From Fidelibacterota bacterium (GTDB lineage: Bacteria; Fidelibacterota; Marinisomatia; Marinisomatales; TCS56): 15,625 nt of DNA. Positions 7,790 through 15,625 of this stretch are shown one piece after another; the stretch's first letter is position 1, and every line of letters starts with the position of its first letter. The position numbers and the translations under genes were made by a program. The stretch is from the NCBI GenBank assembly GCA_043822705.1, contig JBDRBK010000089.1, positions 1 to 15,625 on the forward strand, in the 5' to 3' direction. Below the pieces are notes generated by a model. It saw nothing but the letters and a program-made list of their open reading frames with translations. It made no database searches and was not told the DNA's origin.

Positions 7790-8623
7790 TTACTTGACGA
7801 TCCGGGAGGCAAAAACAAACTGGAAGCCGGCGGCCTGCAGGCGCGGGATTTCGCTTCGCAGTACGGCCAGAGTATTGGGCCGGCCGTGACCGATAGCAAT
7901 GGCGGCGCCGTGTTTCTGGGCATAGCGGGCCAGTTTTTCGACCTGTTTGCGGATCAGTTCCGGATCGCTGTCATTATCCAGAAAAATATGGCGATGGGCG
8001 ACCGGTACCCCGATGGCGCTGATTTTCTTTTCCGCTACCGTCTTCCCGGTGGTGCGGCTGTCGATAAAATATTTATCAGTCTCTTTCAACTGGCTGCCGA
8101 CGATCGTCATCAACCGCTCACTCTCGGTGGCCTTCGAGCCCTGGTGATTGTTCATCCCCCGGGCCTGGGGAAATTCATCCAGCACCCGCCGCATCCGCCG
8201 CTCGATCTCACCACTGGTCATGTCCGTTTTCAGGATATAGTCATCTTCGCCGGCCTGGTTGGACTGCGATTCCATGGGCATGTGGATGATCACTTCGTAG
8301 TTGGCGGCAAAGGCCTTTTCGGCGATCTGGTGGCTGTAGCTATGACCGGGAATGATAGCGTAGGTCAGGTCGGCGTCCAGGCGCAGAAAGGACCGGGTGA
8401 CATCGTCAAAGTTGTAGCCGAAATCGTCGATGATAATTGCGATCAGCCCGACCGGGGCCGGTCGGACCTCGACTTTTTTCTCGGGCGGCGGCTGGGCCGG
8501 CTGGACCGTATCGCGGCGGCCGCGGCCGAAGATCAACAGCACGACCACGGCGGCAACGATCAGGATCGCCAGAAAGATCGGGGCCGGGCGCAGAGCCGGA
8601 GAATCACTGCTAAACAATTTCAT
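7790..8623 (-). CDS. Divergent polysaccharide deacetylase family protein (YibQ-like), N-terminal membrane anchor
   Basis: TM helix IFLAILIVAAVVVLLIF, Pro-rich linker, motifs IAIIIDDFG, HMPME, GMNNHQGS, YFIDSRT, IFLDN, AIAIGH. Confidence 0.93.
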   Translation of the reverse strand: MKLFSSDSPALRPAPIFLAILIVAAVVVLLIFGRGRRDTVQPAQPPPEKKVEVRPAPVGLIAIIIDDFGYNFDDVTRSFLRLDADLTYAIIPGHSYSHQIAEKAFAANYEVIIHMPMESQSNQAGEDDYILKTDMTSGEIERRMRRVLDEFPQARGMNNHQGSKATESERLMTIVGSQLKETDKYFIDSRTTGKTVAEKKISAIGVPVAHRHIFLDNDSDPELIRKQVEKLARYAQKHGAAIAIGHGRPNTLAVLRSEIPRLQAAGFQFVFASRIVK

Positions 8624-8643
8624 TCAGACGCAACCGGCAAAAC

Positions 8644-9519
8644 TCAGGGCAGATTGACCGACAGATCCAGCATCTGTGGCAGCCCCAGTTGCTGGGAACC
8701 GAACCGGATTCCATAATTAATACCAAAACGGCCCACCTGCAATCCGATTCCCCCGGATGCCATTACGACCGCCGAGGCTATTTCAGTACCCAGACTCACC
8801 GTCAGCCGATCCCAGGTGGACCGGCTGCCGACCCGGAATATCGGTCCATTTACCAGGGTCGACCATTCGCCGGTTAATCCGATGCTGGTCGGTACCAGGG
8901 GATGGTCGAAGCGGTAGCCGGCACCAACCAACAGGCGCAACGGCAGTTGCGGTATTTCCTGCACCATAACATTCATCCGTCCCAGATTCAGTAACGCAGC
9001 ACCGATAGTCAGATTTTTCCCTACCGACCGGGTGCCGCCCAGATCGAACGCCATACCGCTGGCACCCGCCGTATGTAACTGGATCTGCAACAGACGCATG
9101 GTTACTCCCACCCGGCTGCCGCCGAAGGCACGGGACCAGCCGCCTTCCAGGGCCAGGGAATAGGCGGCGTAATTAGCCAGCGGATCATCGCTGGGCCGTT
9201 CATCGCGGTAGGGCAGGTCGTCCAGGCCCAGGTAGCGCAACCGGACGCTGCCGACGTCGGAATTCAATCGGAAACGGGCATTCAGGGTGGAAACCGCCAC
9301 GCCGGTAAACCAGTCACCGTAACAGAAATCCACCTGCGGCCCGGCCCCGATTTCGGGCACCACCGCGGGATTGGTTCCCGCTGCATTCGGCAGGGCCACC
9401 TGCCCACCCAGCGCCAGCTCAATCGCTGATGACGGCACCGCCAGAAACTGGGTGCCGGTGGCCGGCAGCAGGCCGGTCAATAACAGGATTAACAGTACTG
9501 TCTTAAAAATTGAAGGCAT
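8644..9519 (-). CDS. PorV/PorQ family outer-membrane beta-barrel protein
   Basis: Likely start MPSIFKTVLLILLL (ATG 9519; alternative 9531; the track start at 9585 overlaps the upstream gene heavily). Motifs QFLAVPSSAIELALGG..TNPA, GMAFDLGG, GAALLNLG..LPLRLLVGAGY. Confidence 0.78.
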   Translation of the reverse strand: MPSIFKTVLLILLLTGLLPATGTQFLAVPSSAIELALGGQVALPNAAGTNPAVVPEIGAGPQVDFCYGDWFTGVAVSTLNARFRLNSDVGSVRLRYLGLDDLPYRDERPSDDPLANYAAYSLALEGGWSRAFGGSRVGVTMRLLQIQLHTAGASGMAFDLGGTRSVGKNLTIGAALLNLGRMNVMVQEIPQLPLRLLVGAGYRFDHPLVPTSIGLTGEWSTLVNGPIFRVGSRSTWDRLTVSLGTEIASAVVMASGGIGLQVGRFGINYGIRFGSQQLGLPQMLDLSVNLP

Positions 9520-10471
9520 AGGTGAATACATGGGCCAGTCCGGTTGGTAGTTCATAGACAACGGCATAATCAAGATAGGCGTCATTTTCCTTCCAGAAGG
9601 AATAATTCATCCCGACCCCCATGGCCACCCGCGTGTTGCCGAAGCCGCCACGGACGAAATAGCGTTCCGACCAGCGGTACTCGGCGCCGAAACGGACGGC
9701 TGAGCCCAGGTAATAGCCTTCCTGCAGGTCGACGCAGTAGCCGTAGTCGGCCGTCAGCAGAATCGTCGCCAACTGGTAGCCGGCGCCCAGCCGGAAAAAA
9801 GTCGGGAAATAATCATTATAAACCCGGCCCTCCTCATCAAGGGCGTCGCTGGTGTTCCAGGCGTATTTCGAGTTGATATCGGTGGCCGTCAGAGCGACCG
9901 TCAGGTTGGGTATTTTGCGGTACATAATCCCCAGGTCAAAACCGGTGCCTTTGCCGGTCAGGTCGCTGGAATTGATCGGCAGCCGATTGAACAGGAGTTT
10001 GATATTGATGCCGACCGCCAGCCCGGGACTGATCTGATTGGCGAATGAAATGTACAGCGCGTCTTCGCTGGTGGTAAGTTTTTCGGTCTTGAAACCGGAA
10101 TAGCTGCGGCCGTCGATATTTCCGACGCCGGAGCTGATCCAGGCAAAACCGAGTCCGGCGGTGGGCGGCAGCCCGGTGGAGAAACTGGCGGCCAGGAACT
10201 GGCGGTCCAGCGGCAGGCTGTGGTGCAGCACTGTGGCTTGTTTTTTATCGAGGAATACTACACCGGCGGGATTGTGGTAGGCGGTAAAACCACGGTCCAG
10301 CTCGGCGGTGAAGGCGCTGCCCATGGCGATCGACCGGGCGCTGGTGCCGATCCGCAGGAACGACCCGGAATAGCCGGCATAATCGCGGGCCGGCGTCAGG
10401 CCGACCAGCAGCGCTGTCAGCGCCAGTAACCGCAGACCGGGCCGCTGCCAAGGATAATAATTATGCTTCAT
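9503..10471 (-). CDS. PorV/PorQ family outer-membrane beta-barrel protein
   Basis: Signal peptide from MKHNYY (ATG 10471; alternative ATG 10528 abuts the upstream stop). Canonical FLRIGTSARSIAMGSAFTA..AYHNPAG motif, GTGFDLGIMY, C-terminal aromatic HVFTYAFNF. Confidence 0.88.
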   Translation of the reverse strand: MKHNYYPWQRPGLRLLALTALLVGLTPARDYAGYSGSFLRIGTSARSIAMGSAFTAELDRGFTAYHNPAGVVFLDKKQATVLHHSLPLDRQFLAASFSTGLPPTAGLGFAWISSGVGNIDGRSYSGFKTEKLTTSEDALYISFANQISPGLAVGINIKLLFNRLPINSSDLTGKGTGFDLGIMYRKIPNLTVALTATDINSKYAWNTSDALDEEGRVYNDYFPTFFRLGAGYQLATILLTADYGYCVDLQEGYYLGSAVRFGAEYRWSERYFVRGGFGNTRVAMGVGMNYSFWKENDAYLDYAVVYELPTGLAHVFTYAFNF

Positions 10472-10528
10472 TGTTCTCTCATCTGTCGCCGGAATCGAGC
10501 GACCTGACTGCGACTGCATGTTTTTCAT

Positions 10529-12151
10529 TTAGCGCACCACGATCAGTTTCAGCCAGTGATCCGCATTATCATAATTCATCCGGATAAAATAGGTTCCGTT
10601 GGCCACCGGCCGGGCGTTGGCATCGCGGCCGTCCCATTTATAGGTGCCCAGATCGGGATCGCGGCGGTCGAATTCCTCGTGGTACACCAGTTCCATGGCG
10701 AAATTGTAGATATCCATGGCGATCACATAGGATTCCTCCACCTCCAGATGGAACCGCACGTAGTTATCGCCACCGTCGCCGCTTTGGAAGGGATTGGGAT
10801 AGGCGTAGACGCCATCCAGCTCGACACGGAAAATCCGCCAGTTCAGACCGTTCAGGTCGGTGGTGCGGGCCAGACCGTCGCCGGTTCCGATCCACAGGGC
10901 GGTGCGAACAGTATCCAGCAGGACCGAATAGACCGCATCGGTGGTGATCTCGTCGGTCAGAAAAACCTGCCCGCCGACGGTCGGCAGCGATTGCCGGGCC
11001 GGGCGGTACAGGACCCAGTTGTGGCCGTCGTCGGAACGCCACAGACCCTTGTCGGTGGCGGCGAAAACCAGCGAATCGAAAGCCGCCACGTTATAGGCCC
11101 GTTCACCGATCAGGGTCGTGTGCCAGGTTTCACCGTCGTCGTCGCTGTAGCTCAAACCGCGGTTTTCACGGCTGTCGGTCCCCAGCGTGACCGCCCAGAT
11201 AACCCGCCGGCCGTTCCAGACCTGGCGCGCCAGGCTGACCACCCAGTTTCCGGAAAGATTGTCGTCGGGATAGAAATAATGCTCCCAGTCGATACAGCCG
11301 TTCACGTTATCGACGATGCCGCGATTAATGCCATTGGCTGTGCCGACCCAGACCGTATCGCCGTAGGCCAGAACGGAAAAGCCTTTGTGGTTGTGTTCGC
11401 CGGACTGCCAGGGATTGGAGCTGCCGCTGATGGGATCGCGGGGATTGAGCCGATAATCCGCCAGCAGACCGTCTTCGTACAGGCTGGCATCGCAGGTGGG
11501 AAACTCGGCCTGATCGTCCAGCGGCAGCGGTATCCGCTGCCAGACGCCGGTGCTGAAGCGATAGCGCCGCAGCCCGCCGGACCAGGAAGTGATCCAGAGG
11601 TAATCGCCGGAGATCGCCGCATCGTAGGTCACGTTCTGCTGCGGCACCGTCACCGGCAGGGCCTGAAACTGGCGGCTGCCGAACCAGGTGACCAGCGAAT
11701 CGTCGTCGGCTGCTTCCACCGGTTGTTGGAAATAGCGCCAGCCGTTAATAGCGGCGGTGGTAATTGCCAGTCCCTGCCCGGTGGATACGCCATCGGTCAG
11801 TCCGGCCACGGCCATGGCGATCCGTTCGCCGTCCACCGCCAGCGCCGCCACCCCGCCCGCCGGCAGGATGCCGGTCAGGCTGTTGTCGGTCAAACCGGAT
11901 TGGGAATAGAAGGTCGCCACCGTCAGCGAATCGCTATGGATCCGCGACAATCCCTGGCCGGTGCCGATCCAGACCAGCGAGTCGCCCTGGATTCGAATAT
12001 CGGTGATAGCATTGCTGTACAGTCCGGCGGCGGTACTGTCGGGCACGCTCAGCCTTTTGGACAGCTCGAAGCAGCCCGGCGCCTGGGCCGACAGGGTAGC
12101 CGCCAGCAGCATGCCTGTCACTAAACCAGTAAAATATTTTAGGAGCTTCAT
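10529..12151 (-). CDS. Secreted beta-propeller protein with T9SS/FlgD-type CTD (PorZ-like architecture), 540 aa
   Basis: Signal peptide ..TLSA|Q; repeated blades VWIGTGQGLS, VWVGTANGIN, LWIGTGDGLA; Asp-boxes SYSDDDGETW, WRSDDGHNW; CTD VYAYPNPF..IYNFAMELV..WDGRDANARPVANGTYFIRM..KLIVVR. ATGA overlap with the upstream gene. Confidence 0.8.
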   Translation of the reverse strand: MKLLKYFTGLVTGMLLAATLSAQAPGCFELSKRLSVPDSTAAGLYSNAITDIRIQGDSLVWIGTGQGLSRIHSDSLTVATFYSQSGLTDNSLTGILPAGGVAALAVDGERIAMAVAGLTDGVSTGQGLAITTAAINGWRYFQQPVEAADDDSLVTWFGSRQFQALPVTVPQQNVTYDAAISGDYLWITSWSGGLRRYRFSTGVWQRIPLPLDDQAEFPTCDASLYEDGLLADYRLNPRDPISGSSNPWQSGEHNHKGFSVLAYGDTVWVGTANGINRGIVDNVNGCIDWEHYFYPDDNLSGNWVVSLARQVWNGRRVIWAVTLGTDSRENRGLSYSDDDGETWHTTLIGERAYNVAAFDSLVFAATDKGLWRSDDGHNWVLYRPARQSLPTVGGQVFLTDEITTDAVYSVLLDTVRTALWIGTGDGLARTTDLNGLNWRIFRVELDGVYAYPNPFQSGDGGDNYVRFHLEVEESYVIAMDIYNFAMELVYHEEFDRRDPDLGTYKWDGRDANARPVANGTYFIRMNYDNADHWLKLIVVR

Positions 12152-13047
12152 CGGACCGCCACCAGCAGGGTTAGAATTTCGGAACGTTCGCCCGCCAGAT
12201 CGGCGGCCTGGAAAGACCAGCGGAACAGGCCGGTCTTGGTTTGTCCGCTTTCATTAGTCAGGCCGTATACCGGAACGGCAAAACTGAAAACACCGTCATT
12301 TTTCACCTCGTCACCGCTGGTCAGATCCGGGGCGTACAGAATCACTTCGCTGCCGTCGTCATAGAGATAGATCGGCTGACCGCGGTTCAACAATGTATCG
12401 GGCCCCACGTGCAGGGAAGTGAAACCGACCCAACTCAGGTCGTTTAAGCCGTTGGGATCGGTTACCGTCGCCCGGATCAGGACCAGGATCATGGAATCGT
12501 CGACCGGACGTGTGATCACGAAATCGGTATCGTTCGCGGTAATGACAAAGGTGCCGGCAGTATCCAAATCGGCGGCGATCAGCACCGGCGCCAGATTACC
12601 CAGATGAGTGGAATCGGTGACAATTGCAATGGTATCGATATAATCGGCGAAAAATCGGAAATAGACCAGTCCCGAATCATTGATCGTGATCGGGTTGGAC
12701 AGCAGCGCGCCACTGTTGCTGACCCGCCGGGAATAGATTCCATCCCGGGCCAGAATGTCCCCCAAAGTGCCGCCATCGTTGAGAAAGAGCGAATCGACCG
12801 CACCGCTCAGACCGCCGGTGCCGTACCAGACCACTCCGGCCGTATCGAGCGGTGCACCGGCATAAGTGGTCGTAATGGTGGCGGCGAAGTAGAGTTCATT
12901 TTCCACTTCGTTGAAATTGAATTGAATATCGGTGATCGGCGGCAGAACGGTGGTATCGTCCGGGGCCGGGGCCGGACACCCCCAGAACAGGAGGCCGATC
13001 AGCAGCAAACCCGCTAAACGCATGGGTTGAATATAGGAGCGTGTCAT
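12148..13047 (-). CDS. Lipoprotein with two choice-of-anchor X-like (LxDxG..D....DG(I/V)(Y/F)S) motifs
   Basis: Lipobox LLFWG|C after hydrophobic stretch; motifs LFLNDGGTLGDILARDGIYS and LYDDG..GDEVKNDGVFS. Start uncertain (13023, 13047, 13086 or 13089). Confidence 0.72.
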   Translation of the reverse strand: MTRSYIQPMRLAGLLLIGLLFWGCPAPAPDDTTVLPPITDIQFNFNEVENELYFAATITTTYAGAPLDTAGVVWYGTGGLSGAVDSLFLNDGGTLGDILARDGIYSRRVSNSGALLSNPITINDSGLVYFRFFADYIDTIAIVTDSTHLGNLAPVLIAADLDTAGTFVITANDTDFVITRPVDDSMILVLIRATVTDPNGLNDLSWVGFTSLHVGPDTLLNRGQPIYLYDDGSEVILYAPDLTSGDEVKNDGVFSFAVPVYGLTNESGQTKTGLFRWSFQAADLAGERSEILTLLVAVR

Positions 13048-13089
13048 GGCCGGTTCAAGCCTTTGTTTTACTAATACTTGTATCATCAA

Positions 13090-14025
13090 TCAGGGTTCTT
13101 CGCGGTAAATATGGTGGATAAGCAGGGTCCCAACCTGTTCCAGGCTGGCGGCCGAGCAGTGGCGCGGCAGGTCGCTGTGGGTGTGCCAGTAATTGTCAAA
13201 CTGGTTGGGATAATCGAAATCGATCAGGTCTACGGCCGGAATTTTCGCTTCCTCCCAGAGCGGCACATGATCGTCGTACACCACCGGTCCCAGCCGGTTC
13301 TGGAAGGCAGGCAGCTTCAGGCGCCGGGCCGTTTCCCACAGCTTCCGGACCAGTTCCGGATTGTGATTATGCGAATAGCGTTCCACCGGGATCGTCAATT
13401 CGCGGTCGCCGATCATGTCCAGTACGATCGCCTCGGCCGGGTGCGGCAGCGGCAGGTTGCGGGCAAAAAACCGCGAACCGCGGGCAAACGAGGCCGGATC
13501 GCCATTTTCACCCAGGTCCTCGCCATCGAAAAAGACGATGTCGACCCCCATCACCGGTGGCCGATCGGCCAGGATTCGCGCCACTTCCAGCAGCACGGCC
13601 ACGCCACTGGCGCCGTCGTTGGCGCCGATAATCGGTTCGCCGCGGCGCGCAGGATCGGGATCGCGGTCGGCCCACGGCCGGGTATCCCAGTGGGCGCCTA
13701 ATAAAATCCGCCGCTGCGCCGGACGGTTGAACTGCCCGATGATATTGGTCAGGGCATGTTGTTCGCCGGTGACCGGGTCGGTCAGTTCAAACGGCTGGGT
13801 AATGACCGTATCGGCCAGGACCGTCAGTTGCTCGAGGAGATAGGCGCGGCAGGCCAGATAACCAGTGGAACCGGGATTGCGCGGCCCGAAGGCGCATTGC
13901 CGCTCGAGCTGAGCAAAAGCTCGTTCGCCGTCGAAATTCGGCACCCCCCGGCGGCAACCAGCCAACGTCAGCAGTCCCGCAAAAACAATTAACCCGGTGC
14001 GAAAATTCTGGTGCGTTCTACTCAT
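13090..14025 (-). CDS. M28 family Zn-peptidase / glutaminyl-peptide cyclotransferase-like lipoprotein, 311 aa
   Basis: Lipobox TLAG|C; FGPRNPGS, LGAHWDTRPWAD, GANDGASGVAVLLE, FFDGEDLG, LDMIG, DDHVP, DLIDFDY..YWHT. Confidence 0.9.
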   Translation of the reverse strand: MSRTHQNFRTGLIVFAGLLTLAGCRRGVPNFDGERAFAQLERQCAFGPRNPGSTGYLACRAYLLEQLTVLADTVITQPFELTDPVTGEQHALTNIIGQFNRPAQRRILLGAHWDTRPWADRDPDPARRGEPIIGANDGASGVAVLLEVARILADRPPVMGVDIVFFDGEDLGENGDPASFARGSRFFARNLPLPHPAEAIVLDMIGDRELTIPVERYSHNHNPELVRKLWETARRLKLPAFQNRLGPVVYDDHVPLWEEAKIPAVDLIDFDYPNQFDNYWHTHSDLPRHCSAASLEQVGTLLIHHIYREEP

Positions 14026-14037
14026 TCCGGCCTGATC

Positions 14038-15624
14038 CTATCCGCTGATGGCGATATTGACATCAAAACCGAAATCACGGTCGATCTTGCGCCCGCTGAT
14101 GTTATTGTCACTCTCGCGGTACTCGTAAATAACACCGCCGCTGACCTTGGATGTGAAAGTGTAGGAGATGCGCAGGCCGGCCTTCCAACTGGTCATTTCA
14201 CGATCCAGGGTAAAGCCTTCAGCAATATCATTGGTCTTCCTGGTTTCACTTTCATTATAATCGAAATTAAAGGTGAAAGTGACGGTATTCTGAATATTAA
14301 AATCCTTCATGAACGGTAACGGAATCGAAAGTCCGCCCTTGTGACTGTAATTGGCGCTGCTGGTCAGCGATTTGTCAATTTTCTTGGTGAAACCGTTTTC
14401 GAGACGGTCGACTGCTTTGGAGTAATTGACCCGCGTGTTGACCGAGATTCCCTTATTCAGGGCCATAGTCACTCCCAACAGCGGGGCGAAATTAGCAGAT
14501 ACCTTGGAACTGCGTTCGTAGTCCTCGTAATCGTCAATAAACGAGCCCACTGTCAGCAGCGGCATATCGTCCAGAACGATGTCATCGAACCGCCAGTTAT
14601 GATTTTCCGAACCCTTGAAACTGTGGTCCAGTGTCACGGTGCGGGCGATCTTCTTGATCAGGGGCAGTTCCTGTAGGCCGGTCCAGCGCAGACTCCAGCT
14701 GGGGAAGGGGATGCCGTTTTCAAGGCGGTCGCCGTAGGGCAGCAGGTCGCGGGTCAGGGTGCGGGTTTCCACGCCCGTGCCACCGATCGAACTGGAGATG
14801 CGTTGCGAAAAACCCAAAGTCGTGGTGATCGACTTGGTCAGCTTGAATCCTGAGTTCAAACCGATATCCTGGTCGTGGGACCAGTCGCCGGTATTGCTGC
14901 CGACATCGGCTGCGTGGGTCAGACCGTGGTCGGGCAGCCAACCGAACTTATAACCGGCGGGGACTTCACCCTGAACACCGATACCGCTGCGGTTCAGGTT
15001 CGAGGAATAGCGGAAGCTGATCGGATTAATATTTTTACTTAGTTCGTGGATTTTCCGTAAAACCGGTTTATCAGCGGCTGATTTCTCCTTTTTCTGGATT
15101 TCCTCATCCTCAACCGCACCGCGGGCCCGGCGGACCGGAGCCTTCGCGGGCGGTTTATAAACCAGTTCCACCAGCTTGGTCGGATTCAATGACAGGCTGG
15201 AAGAAAATTTAAGGGCCGTGCCGATATTGGCGCCATCGATGGTGCTCGACAACGGCTTGCTCCAGCGGTAGCCCGCCGAATAATTGAAATTGGGGCTCAG
15301 CCAGTCCAGCAGCGCCGGCGTATAGGTCAGCGATAGGTTTTCCGTGGAGTTGGTGACGATACCCGGGTCCAGATCGCGAACGGCCATCCAGGCATAACCG
15401 CGATAATGCTCCAGATCGCTGGTCGCGTTGCGGGAATACTTGATCGATTTCAGCGACTCGGTCATTTTATAGTCAACGGTATATGCCCGCGTCATACCAA
15501 GACTATAATCGGTGGTGGTCTTTGTCCCGGCCCGCGGTTCCTTCTCGGTATAGGTCTCACTCACATTCAGATTGGTGCTGATATTGGTGGGCGTGTAATA
15601 AAGATGCAGATCGCTCAGTTTATT
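14038..15624 (-). CDS. sprA: SprA/Sov-family T9SS outer-membrane translocon, C-terminal part (5'-truncated by the window edge)
   Basis: Frame is open beyond the track start to the window end (NKLSDLHLYYTPTNISTNLNVSE..). SprA-like features: LDWLSPNFNYSAGYRW, PAGYKFG, PFPSWSLRWTGL, TLDHSFKG, NFAPLLGVTM, ISYTFTSKV, terminal strand FGFDVNIAI. Confidence 0.82.
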   Translation of the reverse strand, partial: NKLSDLHLYYTPTNISTNLNVSETYTEKEPRAGTKTTTDYSLGMTRAYTVDYKMTESLKSIKYSRNATSDLEHYRGYAWMAVRDLDPGIVTNSTENLSLTYTPALLDWLSPNFNYSAGYRWSKPLSSTIDGANIGTALKFSSSLSLNPTKLVELVYKPPAKAPVRRARGAVEDEEIQKKEKSAADKPVLRKIHELSKNINPISFRYSSNLNRSGIGVQGEVPAGYKFGWLPDHGLTHAADVGSNTGDWSHDQDIGLNSGFKLTKSITTTLGFSQRISSSIGGTGVETRTLTRDLLPYGDRLENGIPFPSWSLRWTGLQELPLIKKIARTVTLDHSFKGSENHNWRFDDIVLDDMPLLTVGSFIDDYEDYERSSKVSANFAPLLGVTMALNKGISVNTRVNYSKAVDRLENGFTKKIDKSLTSSANYSHKGGLSIPLPFMKDFNIQNTVTFTFNFDYNESETRKTNDIAEGFTLDREMTSWKAGLRISYTFTSKVSGGVIYEYRESDNNISGRKIDRDFGFDVNIAISG

Positions 15625-15625
15625 G

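Noticed and set aside
7634..8716. 360-aa plus-strand ORF
   Set aside because: Antisense to the well-supported deacetylase gene; no family motifs
9520..9585. Long 83-nt overlap between the two PorV-like genes implied by the track start
   Set aside because: The signal peptide begins at MPSIFK (9519), which reduces the overlap to an ordinary 17 nt
10556..12124. 522-aa plus-strand ORF
   Set aside because: Antisense shadow of the GC-rich propeller gene; no recognisable motifs, while the minus-strand gene has signal peptide, blades and CTD
13078..13843. 207-aa and 142-aa plus-strand ORFs
   Set aside because: Antisense to the M28 gene; typical high-GC shadow frames
1..15625. CRISPR array, tRNA/rRNA, riboswitch or DGR-type template/variable repeat
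   Set aside because: The window is almost fully coding, with only two intergenic gaps above 100 nt; no spaced repeats, near-identical nucleotide duplications or reverse transcriptase seen by eye

Overview
Twelve protein-coding genes, all on the minus strand, from an FCB-superphylum bacterium that is probably not Bacteroidia. Shine-Dalgarno-type RBSs, NYPNPFNP/FlgD-type C-terminal domains and a GCTxP..NYNPxAxxDDGSC motif point to a Marinimicrobia/Calditrichota/Ignavibacteria-like lineage (inference). In transcription order (high to low coordinates): 3' part of a SprA/Sov type IX secretion (T9SS) translocon gene, an M28 glutaminyl-cyclase-like lipoprotein, a lipoprotein with duplicated LxDxG..D....DG(I/V)(Y/F)S motifs, a beta-propeller protein with a T9SS-type CTD (PorZ-like), two PorV/PorQ-family barrels, a divergent polysaccharide deacetylase and a class 3 (Rhizobium etli-type) asparaginase. 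A second tightly coupled four-gene unit follows: two T9SS-type cargo proteins built from lamin-tail and YhcR/ExeM-like OB-fold domains with no nuclease catalytic domain, a third PorV-like barrel, and a ComEA-like helix-hairpin-helix outer-membrane protein that is missing from the ORF track because it runs off the window. This unit is the best candidate for an undescribed system (surface nucleic-acid capture/handling exported by a T9SS-like machine). Its cargo part is clearly AT-richer than the flanks. No RNA genes, CRISPR arrays or mobile elements were seen.
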